A stretch of DNA of 64,000 nucleotides, taken from Alphaproteobacteria bacterium (GTDB lineage: Bacteria; Pseudomonadota; Alphaproteobacteria; UBA9219). This document shows, in pieces, positions 20,171-30,704 of this stretch (the first letter of the stretch is position 1; every line of letters starts with the position of its first letter). The DNA lies in NCBI GenBank assembly GCA_041908065.1, contig JAYRGC010000070.1, positions 33,180 through 97,179 of the forward strand, in the 5' to 3' direction. A model generated the notes under the pieces. The model did not search any database and was not told the origin of the DNA. It worked only from the letters and a program-made list of their open reading frames with translations. Position numbers and translations under genes: made by a program.

Positions 20171-22245
20171 GCCATCGCCCCTAACCGCTGCTCGACTTCC
20201 ATGACTTCTTTAATGCGCGCCAACGGCCCCACTTCGAACTCGGCGTCTTGCGGAGACACTTCCCCGCGCCGTATCTTCTCCAGCGCGTGCCACCCCATGG
20301 TAACGCCGTTCATCTCGTGTGGCGATAGCCAATAATTGCTGGCGTCCTCAAAATGGTTTTCCTGCAGCATTTCCATTAACTTTTGGTCGGTCTCTATCAC
20401 TTCGGCGCACACCGTGCGTCCGGAACGGCCTTTGTAGCAATGCTGGCAACCCTCGGTATTGGCCACATAAACGTTCCGCATATCCGGTTCAGACAACCGG
20501 TCGTAAAGCGACGACTTGCCGCCACCCGCCTTGCTGCGCGAGGCGTCCATGATAGCCAATCCGGCGCGGGTACGACGAGCCAATTCCTTGTAAGTCGGCC
20601 CCATGTCCGATACAGCCGTCGACAGCGATATGCGACAATTAGGGCAAACCCCGCGCAGCAGCCTTTGACAGATCATGCCGCGCAGAAGATGGTGGTCGTA
20701 AACCAGATAAGGCTCGATGCCTATGTCGCGCAAACGCTGAGGAATGGCCAAAGCCGAATAAACGTGGGTGGTCGTGTAAACCTGTCGTCCCGTCAGGGCC
20801 AAGCGAAAGGCGAATTTGGCGGTTTGAATGTCGCGCACCTCGCCCAGCATGACGATGTCGGGATCGAGGCGCAGGGCGCAGCGCATGATTTCCAAAAATG
20901 ATTTTTCGCGCTGCTCGTCCTTGACCGAGGCCGAAACGCCCACTTGCCTCGCGCCGACCACGCCGCCTTCTGGAGGATCCTCGACCATAAGACAGTTCAG
21001 CTGCATGTTGGTTTCGGCCATGCGCCGGTTCAAAGTGACGCGCAAGGTCGTGGTCTTGCCTTGGTTGACGGGACCAGCGAACACGCGCATGCCGCCGGGC
21101 AGGGCGCGCAGGCTTTGGATGACGCGAAGCTGCTCTTGCGAAAAGCCCAGCGAATCCACGTCGGTCATTATGAAGTTTTCGCCGAACAGATGCGATGAAT
21201 CGTATTGAAGCCGCATGTCCAGATAACGACCGCCGTCCGCCAATGGAACCCATTGGCAGCGAACGCTTATGACCCCGTTGGGAAGAGACAGGGAATCCCG
21301 CCCCTTGCTGGCGGCGGAAAGCATCGCCGCTTGAGGTTCCTGCCAGTTGGCCGTGGCCCCGGACTGCCCCACCGAATGGGAGTAGATAGAGGAAAGCATT
21401 TCTTCGCCTTCCTTTTGCGTCCACGTCTCCCACAGACGCATCGCTCCGTCGATGCGGAACTCTATTCTGGTGCGGCCCTCGCTGGCCTCGATGTGAATAT
21501 CGTTGGCTCCCACCTGAACCGCGCGTTCAAGGGTTTCGGTTATCCTTCTTCTGACCGAGTTTTCATCCAGCCGCGCCGTAACCTGCTTGCGGTTAGCGTA
21601 CATGTACGCTTGCCGGATAATGTTAGGCGTGACGTAACGAGGGGGATCGAGACGATGCCCCTGCCTCTGCGCGGCTTGGGCGACCGAAGTCACCAGCGGC
21701 GAGTTGCGGTGCGACGCGCTGACCAGCCACATGCCGTTGTCGAACAGGGCGCAAAGATTGCGGGATTCCTCGGGTATCTTCAACGCCCCGCCTTCGGCTG
21801 TCAGCAGTTCGCCGGAAAATGACATCCCGCCCGCTAAGGCTAGGCTTCTTTCGTCCTCCACCTTTAATTCGTTAGTGCCGGAAATCTTGGCTTGGGGTGA
21901 ATTGCTGCTCCCCTCGCCGCCGCTTTTACCCGAACCGGAGGAAGCCTCGGGCTTCTCTGCGCCTTCGTTCGAGTCGGCTGAGCGTTCTTGCCCGCTTTTA
22001 TCCGCCGCCGCAGCCACTGTGGTCGCCGCCACAAGGCTGGTCGGTTTGGCATGTTGCTTTTGATAGGCGTCTCGCACCTGCTTGGCATTGGCAGCGGAAG
22101 TCTCCGCCGCTTGTTTGCGCTCTTCCTCGGTTTTAGGTTTGCGAGGCGGCGGCAGCGGGGCTTCGGGAGGAATAGATCCCCCTCCTCGCAAAGCCGCGTT
22201 CAGCTTTTCGCCTATGTCGGATATTATGCTCAAGGCGGCACCCAA
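20167..22245 (-). CDS. pilQ: Type IVb pilus assembly ATPase (GspE/PilB family; R64 PilQ-like) with long low-complexity N-terminal extension
   Basis: Walker A GPVNQGKTTTL, Walker B MLGEVRD, His box TTHV. Tetracysteine CPNC...CQHC. The first ~150 aa are Ala/Ser/Glu/Lys-rich. Confidence 0.85.
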   Translation of the reverse strand: MGAALSIISDIGEKLNAALRGGGSIPPEAPLPPPRKPKTEEERKQAAETSAANAKQVRDAYQKQHAKPTSLVAATTVAAAADKSGQERSADSNEGAEKPEASSGSGKSGGEGSSNSPQAKISGTNELKVEDERSLALAGGMSFSGELLTAEGGALKIPEESRNLCALFDNGMWLVSASHRNSPLVTSVAQAAQRQGHRLDPPRYVTPNIIRQAYMYANRKQVTARLDENSVRRRITETLERAVQVGANDIHIEASEGRTRIEFRIDGAMRLWETWTQKEGEEMLSSIYSHSVGQSGATANWQEPQAAMLSAASKGRDSLSLPNGVISVRCQWVPLADGGRYLDMRLQYDSSHLFGENFIMTDVDSLGFSQEQLRVIQSLRALPGGMRVFAGPVNQGKTTTLRVTLNRRMAETNMQLNCLMVEDPPEGGVVGARQVGVSASVKDEQREKSFLEIMRCALRLDPDIVMLGEVRDIQTAKFAFRLALTGRQVYTTTHVYSALAIPQRLRDIGIEPYLVYDHHLLRGMICQRLLRGVCPNCRISLSTAVSDMGPTYKELARRTRAGLAIMDASRSKAGGGKSSLYDRLSEPDMRNVYVANTEGCQHCYKGRSGRTVCAEVIETDQKLMEMLQENHFEDASNYWLSPHEMNGVTMGWHALEKIRRGEVSPQDAEFEVGPLARIKEVMEVEQRLGAMA

Positions 22246-22365
22246 GAAATCAATACAACCACGACCAGCATATCATCCCCTAGCGGGATAAGCGCAATGC
22301 CGTCCTGCATCTTCCGATTAAAAACACACTAATTGGTTAACATTCTCGATGGCCACAAAAAAATT

Positions 22366-22623
22366 GGCTCTTTCTGAAAACCGGTGGGCAAGAAATCTCT
22401 GGCTCTTACGCAAAACTGGTGGGAAAAAGAGCCGTGCGAGGTTACAGCCAAAGGCTGTCTGCGAGCCGCCACCCTTTGGTTTGGACAGCGTTAACGCTGT
22501 CGGGCGGCGAAGCAATCCAGGCCTTATGGAGCAACGGCACTGGATTGCTTCGCGTCGCAAGGGCGACGCTCGCAATGACGTCGCTTGCTATGCAAAATTA
22601 TCCACCCGTTTTGGGCAAGAGCC
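22366..22623. repeat. MITE-like element copy D, located inside the pil operon (pilP-pilQ intergenic)
   Basis: Duplicated left TIR (ggctctttctgaaaaccggtgggc / ggctcttacgcaaaactggtggg). Hairpin and cgctcgcaatgacg modules. Right TIR tccacccgttttgggcaagagcc. Confidence 0.85.
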
Positions 22624-22661
22624 AGAAATCCAGACAGAGTCCGTGTCTATTCCTTTGGTGA

Positions 22662-23477
22662 TTATTTGGAGGAACCGAACACAGTGTTGACGTCCTTGAC
22701 GCGAATCACTCTTTCGTCACGGGAGGACGAAGAACAGCTGCTCTTGGATTTTTTGCCCTTCTTGGACTTTTTACCATCGGAAGATTCGGAACAGTTGGAT
22801 AAAGAACTGTCGCCGCCCTTCGATTTGGCCAAAGTTATTCCATAGCTGTTCACGGAAACCACCGTGCTGCCATCGGAAATTTTGTCTCCTTCGCGAACGC
22901 TGACATGCTTTTCGCTGTCGCCAACGCGAATGATGGCGCGGTAATTGCCTCGGGCTCCCACGACGCGCTCGACCACCACGTCTTCCTGCGGCTTTTCAAT
23001 CGGCGGAGGCGGAGGCTGCATCGCCGCCGGAGGCATCATACCCATCTGCGGCGGGGCAAGCGCGCTGGCCGGTATGGCGGGTATGGTTTTTTCTTCTCGT
23101 TCGCGGCGGATCTGATCCAACTCGCTGATCCGCTTTTCCAGATCGATAAGAAGATCCATCTTGGCGACAGCCTCGCGAGCGCGGTTCATGTCCTCGACAT
23201 TAACTTTGTCGGAAGAAGTTCCAAGCTGCTTAACCAGCCCGCTAACCGATTCAGGAACCTTGGGATCGCCTTCTTTTTTATCCAAAGCGGACGAAGATAT
23301 GCCAATTCCCGAAGCGGCATCGACCGTTGGTTGAACCTCGGGCGACTGCGGCATCACCGGAAAATCCTGTGGAACCGCGGCGGCGTCTTGCGCTGATACC
23401 GGAAGCGAGCCAAAAGCAGCGGCTCCCAAAGCCGCGAAAGCTACGGCGGCGGCGAAATTTCTAGCGACGGTTTTCAT
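22662..23477 (-). CDS. pilP: Type IVb pilus periplasmic protein (R64 PilP-like), signal peptide plus coiled-coil plus Pro-rich
   Basis: Signal peptide ...GSLPVSAQ. Positioned between the pilO and pilQ homologues. Confidence 0.55.
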   Translation of the reverse strand: MKTVARNFAAAVAFAALGAAAFGSLPVSAQDAAAVPQDFPVMPQSPEVQPTVDAASGIGISSSALDKKEGDPKVPESVSGLVKQLGTSSDKVNVEDMNRAREAVAKMDLLIDLEKRISELDQIRREREEKTIPAIPASALAPPQMGMMPPAAMQPPPPPIEKPQEDVVVERVVGARGNYRAIIRVGDSEKHVSVREGDKISDGSTVVSVNSYGITLAKSKGGDSSLSNCSESSDGKKSKKGKKSKSSCSSSSRDERVIRVKDVNTVFGSSK

Positions 23478-24717
23478 AAATTACCCCCTCGATGTTCCAT
23501 CCACCCCCAGGATTTAATGTCAGAGAGTTTAACACGACCCCGGGCAAATCGGCAAAGAAAGTGGACAATGTCCATGGTAAAACAGGGGCGTTCATGGTGA
23601 ACGACATCCTTATCCACGGCACTGGCGGCGGATTCCACGGACCGTTATATCCGGGCGGTGGCGGCGGCGGCGGATCGTCAGGAACGCGATTCAACGTGGC
23701 CGGCCAGTTTTCGAGCAAGTACTTGCGGGTAACGTCGACCGGATCGGCAAGTTCCTCGTGGCCGCGATCGGAAATTGTCGGAAGCACGAAACTTTGGGTG
23801 GCATCTGTTCCCAGATCAGATATGACGAAGTCGGGCGGCGGCGAAGAAAATCCGCCAGCGCGATCCCATTTTGTCGTGGCCGACGCGCCTACGCATTTAA
23901 CCTCGGACAACCGCCATCCAGCTACCGCCAACGGTATTTTATTTAAAATCTTATTGCAGGCGGAAACGAACTCCAGCGGGGCGGGGCGTTTCTCCCATGT
24001 GCGCTCGGGGACGGGATATGGCGGGGGTTGACCGGCTATGCCTTGTCCGGCCTGACGCGCCAATTCTTGGGCGCGTTGCAAAGCCTCCATCGCCTGAAGT
24101 CTTTCCGCTTCTTCGCGTGCCTTTTTCTCCTGAATATACCAGCCGATAGACAAGGCCAGCAAAAGCCCTAATCCGCCCACAAGCAGAACCAGCTTCATCT
24201 CCTTGGACAAAGCCACTTGCCGCAGCCTAACGTCAGCGCGGTCGTTGAGCAACAGGCTTACCGGAAGGGTGTCAGCCCCGGGCACTCCCCACGCCTCGGG
24301 CGCGTAGACGCGTTGTAGTCCGCCCAAAGCCATTTCCTGCAAGAGGCGATCGCGAGCTTCGGTTTCATCCTGGAAAAACTGGTCGCCGTCGGGAACAATG
24401 AGATCGTCGCGAACCACCACCACCGCCACGCCCTCGCGGAGACGGAAAGCCCCCGCCCACGAGCCTGGCTGCTGGTTGGCGATGCAGGCCGCCAAAGCGG
24501 GCATTCCGCTTTTGTGTTCGCGTTGCGAGTGGCTGAGGCCGAATTGTGGGACCCGCCCGCTGCGATCGCCGCTGCGAACGGCATAGTAGTAGGCCTGCTG
24601 CCCGGGCTGTCTGGCCGCGTCCTTAGCCGCTTGCGCGACGCGCCCGCTGGGACTGTTTTCCCAGTACAAGCCGGAGGCGTACTGCCTTCGTCCTATGGTG
24701 ACGATGCCTGAAGCCAT
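23461..24717 (-). CDS. pilO: Type IVb pilus biogenesis protein (R64 PilO-like)
   Basis: 418 aa with a central TM segment LVLLVGGLGLLLALSIGWYI. Synteny downstream of the secretin. Confidence 0.55.
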   Translation of the reverse strand: MASGIVTIGRRQYASGLYWENSPSGRVAQAAKDAARQPGQQAYYYAVRSGDRSGRVPQFGLSHSQREHKSGMPALAACIANQQPGSWAGAFRLREGVAVVVVRDDLIVPDGDQFFQDETEARDRLLQEMALGGLQRVYAPEAWGVPGADTLPVSLLLNDRADVRLRQVALSKEMKLVLLVGGLGLLLALSIGWYIQEKKAREEAERLQAMEALQRAQELARQAGQGIAGQPPPYPVPERTWEKRPAPLEFVSACNKILNKIPLAVAGWRLSEVKCVGASATTKWDRAGGFSSPPPDFVISDLGTDATQSFVLPTISDRGHEELADPVDVTRKYLLENWPATLNRVPDDPPPPPPPGYNGPWNPPPVPWIRMSFTMNAPVLPWTLSTFFADLPGVVLNSLTLNPGGGWNIEGVIYENRR

Positions 24718-26306
24718 CAGTCACGCTCCGCGCGAGGAACTTCCAAAACCTGCGGCGTTATCGCCATAAACATCATGGAGTGGGTGAACGAGTCGTCATA
24801 TCCACCACCCAACATGAAGTTGAAAGGACTGCCGACCCCCCGCGTATCCTGCGTATCCATCCTGTCGTCGTAACCGCCGATGAAAAGCGTCGAACCGCTT
24901 TTCAGCAACGCTTGCTGCACGAACACGCGGCTCGCTGTCTCAGGCAATTCCAACTCCGTCCCTTGAATGATAACCGGCTTGAAACCTAGCAGATCCGTCA
25001 GACTGAGCGAGTATTGAAGGACTATGCGTCCGTCATCCAATAAACGCGGCGTCAACTGGAGGGAAAAGCCGTCACGCACCACGCCAGTAGTGACAGAAAC
25101 GCTGGAGGAAGAACTTATCGAACCAGTAGTATTCGTCAACGACGACACATAGGCGGTATCTTTGCCAATACGACGGGAAACCGGACGATTGTTCAACGTC
25201 GTCATCGGGAATTGCGCCATACGACTGGTGTTGCCCAAGGTAGACAGGGCTGAGAACACGCCGTTGCGATTCTCGCTGGGGTTCAAGATGGCGATCGAAA
25301 GTTTTCCCGCCCCCGCGGTTGCCGCCGCCGCTGTGGTAGGGCTAGCGTACCTCGCGCCGAAATCCGACAACTTAGCCAAGGCGGTTTCAAACGCGAAGTC
25401 GAAGGTGACTTCATTACCCAAATCGACGCGGTAGATTTCCACGTTTATGGCTATCTGCTTGGACAACCGCTTGTTTTCTTCCTCGATGAACTGCGCCACC
25501 ACCCGCATCAATTCGGGCGTGGTGGTAACGGTGATGGTTCCGCTGGAGGGGGCCACCACGGCGTTGCCGACGCCACCCAACATGGAGGTGATGGTCTGAC
25601 CCAATTCGTCCCAAACCTTGATTTCAACGTTCATTTCCGCCGATTGCTGCAACGCGCTGGTGCTGCCGCCGCCGGAAGAACCGCCGCCGCCGGAGCCGCT
25701 CATCGATCCGCCGGAAGAACCAGAGCTTTCGTCTTCCTTCATACCGTCTTTGACACTTTGGGTGCCGGGCAGAGCCTCAATCGAGAACACGCGGGTTTCG
25801 TATCTGATGATAGATACCGACGTGCCGTCGTAACGCCAACTGACGCCGAAATACCCCGACACCAGATCCAACAATCCCGACAAAGATCCCTCATAAGCAA
25901 CCGGCATCCCCGCCTTGGGCGCGTCAGCGACCGCAGCCGTGTCGGCACCACCCGCCACCCTTATGGGCAATCCGGTTTGGCCGCCTATCGCCGAAGCTAT
26001 TTCCTTAAGCGACATTGGATCGCCAGATACCAAGGCGACGCCGCGAGAAGTTTCGTATTTAGCAGGCAAGGGCAAACCGCGACGGAGACGCATCGAAGCG
26101 TTGCCAGCCCACACGCGATCAGTCACCACCAGCGGATTGTACGCCTTAGGAGGAGCCGGAACGCGGGATTCCTCGACCCCGCTCGCCACCCGCTGGGCGT
26201 TTTGATTTATCTTGTTATTCGTCTTGTCGACCGTACATCCCGCCAGCGCGACCGCCGAAGAGAGAACAAGAACCATCCGCTTGGAAACCATGGTCATCCC
26301 CATCAT
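24717..26306 (-). CDS. pilN: Type IVb pilus outer-membrane secretin lipoprotein (R64 PilN family)
   Basis: Lipobox LAGC. C-terminal secretin motif LFIGGYDD...FMAITPQVL. Confidence 0.8.
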   Translation of the reverse strand: MMGMTMVSKRMVLVLSSAVALAGCTVDKTNNKINQNAQRVASGVEESRVPAPPKAYNPLVVTDRVWAGNASMRLRRGLPLPAKYETSRGVALVSGDPMSLKEIASAIGGQTGLPIRVAGGADTAAVADAPKAGMPVAYEGSLSGLLDLVSGYFGVSWRYDGTSVSIIRYETRVFSIEALPGTQSVKDGMKEDESSGSSGGSMSGSGGGGSSGGGSTSALQQSAEMNVEIKVWDELGQTITSMLGGVGNAVVAPSSGTITVTTTPELMRVVAQFIEEENKRLSKQIAINVEIYRVDLGNEVTFDFAFETALAKLSDFGARYASPTTAAAATAGAGKLSIAILNPSENRNGVFSALSTLGNTSRMAQFPMTTLNNRPVSRRIGKDTAYVSSLTNTTGSISSSSSVSVTTGVVRDGFSLQLTPRLLDDGRIVLQYSLSLTDLLGFKPVIIQGTELELPETASRVFVQQALLKSGSTLFIGGYDDRMDTQDTRGVGSPFNFMLGGGYDDSFTHSMMFMAITPQVLEVPRAERD

Positions 26307-27331
26307 TAGTCGCTGTAATTGTTGCCACGAACCTCAACCACCAGAACCGTCTGTCCTGCCGTCGGGCTGTTATGCAAACGGGCAATCGGTTGGGGCTGAG
26401 CGTCTTGGAATCCTAATAATAAACCGCGCACAGCCTCCTCAAAAGTTCCGGTAGACGCCACCGAAGCCTGTATCGGATAGTCGTACTCGGCTTGCCAGCT
26501 TACTTCCACGCCGGCCTTCCTAGCCCACCCATCCAACACCGAACGAAGCGTCTCCCCGCGATTGGCTGTCCATGTGTCCAACACCGTCGGAGCCGCGCCC
26601 ACGTGTCGCGTTCCCGCAAAACCGCCGTTGGCAGCCACTGTGGGTATGGACACCGGAGCCTGATCAAAAGAGTCGTCGCCACCCAAAGTTCCCAACGAAG
26701 ACGGCCTGTCCAAAACCGTGTTCGACGGCGATTGCAGCAGCGAAGCCGGACGATCGGCGATCACGGAAGATCCTGACGCGCCCGATCTGGAAATTATGAC
26801 CAACCCTTCGCGTTCGCGCATAGACAGGCCAGCGGGCTGGATCATGTCTTTTATGGTTTGACGCCAAGACTTGCCGCCGCGCCAAGAAACCATGACATCG
26901 GATCCCACATCAGGATCCACGGAGAAGCCGTGATCGGGCGGCAACACTTGTCGCATCGCCACAGCAAGCGGCACGCTGTCGGCGAAACCGCGCACAGCTC
27001 CGTCGCCATCGCTCGAACGGCCGGAAGAAGAAACCAAAGGCTCGGGATCGCCGCCTACCACTACCGGAGCGATGGCGCGAGGAGAGGGGGAAACCACATA
27101 GTTCTGAACCTGAACAGGGGATCTCGGCGCGGGCGACGGCGAATAAGCATTGCCCACCGCCACCTGAGGAGCGGCCTGACGCGACGGAGCTACCGATTCG
27201 GCAGGGGCAACCCACTGAAATCCGGCGATCGCGTTGTTTGGAAAAACCGCCGCTATCGCCGAGGCGGCTATCGACGCCAACAAAAGGCGGCGCAAAGCCG
27301 ACGGCGAGGAAGTCAAAGTGCGATCTTGCAT
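26306..27331 (-). CDS. Pilus-associated periplasmic protein with TcpQ/PilL-like C-terminal domain
   Basis: Signal peptide plus Ser/Pro-rich linker. C-terminus W..GETLRSVLDGWARKAGVEVSWQAEYDYPI resembles the TcpQ C-terminal domain. ATG at 27331. Confidence 0.5.
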   Translation of the reverse strand: MQDRTLTSSPSALRRLLLASIAASAIAAVFPNNAIAGFQWVAPAESVAPSRQAAPQVAVGNAYSPSPAPRSPVQVQNYVVSPSPRAIAPVVVGGDPEPLVSSSGRSSDGDGAVRGFADSVPLAVAMRQVLPPDHGFSVDPDVGSDVMVSWRGGKSWRQTIKDMIQPAGLSMREREGLVIISRSGASGSSVIADRPASLLQSPSNTVLDRPSSLGTLGGDDSFDQAPVSIPTVAANGGFAGTRHVGAAPTVLDTWTANRGETLRSVLDGWARKAGVEVSWQAEYDYPIQASVASTGTFEEAVRGLLLGFQDAQPQPIARLHNSPTAGQTVLVVEVRGNNYSD

Positions 27332-27613
27332 TTCCCTATGCCCTTTACAAATCAACAAGCCGATTCCATAAAACGGCACCGCATTTGAATCAGGCGGCAA
27401 TTTCCGTATGGATTGGGGGTTAGCCTAGACGAGCCCACATCAGATTACAACCGTAGTATTTAAACAAAAACGCGATTTGACCACCCATTGTGCCACGGTT
27501 GCCACAAGCTCAGAATGCGGCGCGAACCAAACAAGGCGCACGCTATCGCCCCAAAGTATAATTTTTGGTAAATGATTTAGGATCGCGGATTGTTTTTAGG
27601 GAGACCCTGGCGG

Positions 27614-28066
27614 CTATACGCCAGCAGAGCGCAGCAGCTCGCGCATAGAGACCAGCTCGCCCAACACTCCATCGAGATCGCGCCGCGCCGCCGAGGAAAG
27701 TTTGGACTGGGTTTCGCCGTCGCTATATACGGCATCGGATTCGACGGCCAAGGCCTTCTTCCGACCATCCTTCAGAATTTTCTGCACCCCGCGTATGGTG
27801 AACCCGCGCCCGTAAAGCATGTCCTTGATGTCGGCCAGAAGAGCCACGTCCTCGGGACGGTAATACCTGCGCCCGCCGCTGCGCTTCATGGGGCGAATTT
27901 GCGAAAACTTGCCCTCCCAGAAACGCAAGACGTGCTGGGGAACCGCCAAATCGCTGGCGACCTCGCCTATGGTGCGGAAAGCGTCAGGAGCCTTGGGCGA
28001 AAGCGGCTGTCCGGCTACGATCCAGCTTTCGTCAGCCACGCCGCCGTTTTGCTGATCGACGATCAT
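27614..28066 (-). CDS. MerR-family transcriptional regulator
   Basis: [22 protein letters not shown]. Conserved ihfA-merR synteny. Confidence 0.8.
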   Translation of the reverse strand: MIVDQQNGGVADESWIVAGQPLSPKAPDAFRTIGEVASDLAVPQHVLRFWEGKFSQIRPMKRSGGRRYYRPEDVALLADIKDMLYGRGFTIRGVQKILKDGRKKALAVESDAVYSDGETQSKLSSAARRDLDGVLGELVSMRELLRSAGV

Positions 28067-28425
28067 TCTTCGTCACCGTCATTCTCGTCGTAAGCCGACG
28101 AGGTGTCGCCGCCCATGGCAGCATTGACTTTGTTCTTCAGCATGTGGCTGGCGTGGAACGCCAAAACGCGGCGCGGCATTATCGGCACCTCTTCACCGGT
28201 CTTGGGGTTACGGCCTATCCTTTTCGCTTTGCCGCGCACATGGAAGCTGCCGAACCGGCTGATCTTTACAGTGTCACCCGCCATCAGCGCGCTGCTGATC
28301 TCGCCCAGCAAAGCGTCCACAATCTGCGCGGAATCGCTGCGCGACAGGCCTATTTCGCTGTTTATGGCCTCGGCCAGATCTGCCCGCGTAAGCGTAGTGT
28401 CCGTCATGTCCGCCACCTTCGCCAT
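28063..28425 (-). CDS. ihfA: Integration host factor subunit alpha
   Basis: [10 protein letters not shown] ... [12 protein letters not shown] matches the IHF/HU fold signature. Confidence 0.9.
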   Translation of the reverse strand: MAKVADMTDTTLTRADLAEAINSEIGLSRSDSAQIVDALLGEISSALMAGDTVKISRFGSFHVRGKAKRIGRNPKTGEEVPIMPRRVLAFHASHMLKNKVNAAMGGDTSSAYDENDGDEE

Positions 28426-28515
28426 TGGATGGATTAATTGGATTGGATTGAATCGAATCTTAACTAAATGCTAACGCACCGCGCCCGCTTCGTCAAACTC
28501 CGAAAACGCAGGCAA

Positions 28516-29634
28516 TCACGTTCTGGATTCGAAATCTATTCGAGGATCTATGACGGTGTACAGCACGTCGCCTATCAGGTTCATCAATAATCCCAGCAGC
28601 GTGAAGAAATACAGCGTTCCGAACATTACCGGATAATCGCGGTTGATCGCGGCCTCGAAGCCCAAAAGCCCCATGCCGTCGAGCGAAAATATCACCTCGA
28701 TCAGCAACGATCCGGTAAACAAAACCGCCATGAAGGCGTTGGGAAATCCGGCTATCACCAAAAGCATGGCGTTGCGGAACACATGCCCGTACAGCACTCG
28801 GTTTTCCGACAGGCCTTTGGCTCGGGCGGTCAGAACGTACTGCTTGCCGATTTCGTCCATGAACGAGTTTTTCGTCAGCATGGTAAGGCTGGCGAAACCG
28901 CCGATGACCATCGCCGTCACCGGCAACGCGATGTGCCAGAAATAATCCATGATGCGCGACGGCCACGACAGATCGCCCCAGTCGTCGGAGACAAGCCCGC
29001 GCAAGGGAAACCAGTCAAGATAACGGCCTCCGGCGAACACGACTATCAGCAAAACCGCGAACAGAAAACTGGGAACGGCGTAGCCTGCCACTATCGCCGC
29101 GCTGGTCCACACGTCGAATTTGGAGCCGTCGCGCACCGCCTTGCGGATGCCGAGCGGTATCGACACCAGATAGACTATAAGGGTCGTCCACAATCCCAAC
29201 GATATGGAAACCGGCATTTTGCTGACGACCAGCTCGGCCACGCTTTCGTCGCGCAAGTACGATTGGCCGAAATCGAAGCTGAGATAGTTTCCCATCATCT
29301 TGAAAAAGCGGACGTGCAGAGGTTGATCGAAACCGAACTGCTTTTCCAATTCCTTGATAAGCTCGGGATCCACCCCCTGCGCCCCGCGATAGCGGGAATT
29401 GGCCGCCTCGCCGCCCGACGCCGCGTTTTCCTTGAGATTGTTGGCGGCCACGGCAGCATCCGCGCCGCCGCCCGACACACGCGCCGTGGCTTCCACGCCG
29501 TGCCCTTGAAGTCTTGCGACTATCTGCTCGATAGGCCCGCCCGGGGCCGCTTGAACGATCAGAAAGTTCAAGACCATGATCCCGAAAAGCGTCGGAATAA
29601 TCAGCAACAGGCGGCGGATGATGTAGGAGAGCAT
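28516..29634 (-). CDS. ABC transporter permease, oligopeptide/microcin-C type (YejB-like)
   Basis: N-terminus [24 protein letters not shown], six TM segments. Orphan here: no yejAEF partners nearby. Confidence 0.75.
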   Translation of the reverse strand: MLSYIIRRLLLIIPTLFGIMVLNFLIVQAAPGGPIEQIVARLQGHGVEATARVSGGGADAAVAANNLKENAASGGEAANSRYRGAQGVDPELIKELEKQFGFDQPLHVRFFKMMGNYLSFDFGQSYLRDESVAELVVSKMPVSISLGLWTTLIVYLVSIPLGIRKAVRDGSKFDVWTSAAIVAGYAVPSFLFAVLLIVVFAGGRYLDWFPLRGLVSDDWGDLSWPSRIMDYFWHIALPVTAMVIGGFASLTMLTKNSFMDEIGKQYVLTARAKGLSENRVLYGHVFRNAMLLVIAGFPNAFMAVLFTGSLLIEVIFSLDGMGLLGFEAAINRDYPVMFGTLYFFTLLGLLMNLIGDVLYTVIDPRIDFESRT

Positions 29635-29916
29635 GGAAACCTATGAAGCTGGGCGGCGCATTGGTTGATTCGGCTACTTTAATCTTAAGAACTTAGGCTA
29701 TGATCCTCGCATACCCACAGGCAAAAACACAGCGAGGTATTTTTGTGTCAATGTACATTGATGCCGTCAACTGTAACAGGAAGCTGCAACAGGACATGGG
29801 CAGATTAAAGAGCCGCGTCAACCCTCCAAATTTTTGATTGTTGCATATTCTCAATTCAGTGTAATACTAGTCTCAAACACGACTGGTGTTTGGCCGTTTA
29901 AGATGAGGTTTTATCA

Positions 29917-30684
29917 ATGATGAGGATGCGCGGCAGCTGCCAATTTCCTTTAACATGCCTATTATTTTCAGTGCTCCTAACATGTTTTGTTGGAATTGCC
30001 CACGCCTACACACCAGATCCACCCCCTGAAACGGCTCAAGAAGTCACATTAAGGCAAGAATCTGTTCAGCTCTTTCTGGAGGGCAAATTTACTGAATTAG
30101 ATAAAAAATTAGATGACTTGCAGCAGGATTATGAAAAAGGGAAACTATCCGACATCAATATCATGCATATTTCCAGAGGTTTTTACAACACGTCTGACGA
30201 TTGGCGCGCTAACTATGACGTATGGATTTCTAAAAACCCAAAATCATATTCCGCGCATCTAATGCGTGGAATATATTTTGTGCGAAGGGCGTTGGAATCT
30301 CGTGGAGGGAAATACATTAACGAAACATCATCAGACCAAATACGATTAATGCGGGAAAACTTTAAGCTTGCCCTAGTAGACTTAAAAGCATCTTTAGCCT
30401 TAACTCAGAAACCAATAGTCACATATTACAATCTTCATCAGATATATAATCAATATGGAGATACTGATTCTAAAAATAAATTAGTGGATGCAGCAAATAA
30501 AATAGACCCAAAAAATTATGTGGTGAGGTACAGCCACTTGGGTTCATTAATGACTCGTTGGGGCGGAAGCCTTGAGAAAATGATCGCTTTCAGAAATCAA
30601 TGTAAACAAGATGGACTGCCAGACTCGCAAATAATTTACTTTGACCAACTTCTGGCCAAAGAACGCGAGTGGCTATCTCGCTGA
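29917..30684 (+). CDS. Hypothetical secreted protein (low-GC, signal peptide, helical repeat-like)
   Basis: Signal peptide ...FVGIAHA. Local sequence is AT-rich relative to the flanks. An IS remnant lies immediately downstream. Confidence 0.5.
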   Translation: MMRMRGSCQFPLTCLLFSVLLTCFVGIAHAYTPDPPPETAQEVTLRQESVQLFLEGKFTELDKKLDDLQQDYEKGKLSDINIMHISRGFYNTSDDWRANYDVWISKNPKSYSAHLMRGIYFVRRALESRGGKYINETSSDQIRLMRENFKLALVDLKASLALTQKPIVTYYNLHQIYNQYGDTDSKNKLVDAANKIDPKNYVVRYSHLGSLMTRWGGSLEKMIAFRNQCKQDGLPDSQIIYFDQLLAKEREWLSR

Positions 30685-30704
30685 TTCAGGTTTCTATCTA
30701 GTGT

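Noticed and set aside
27400-27610. Candidate tRNA or attachment site flanking the pilus locus
   Set aside because: No cloverleaf-compatible sequence or conserved T-arm motif (GGTTCGAATCC-like) could be found by eye here or at 17580-17750. This cannot be excluded without tRNAscan-SE.
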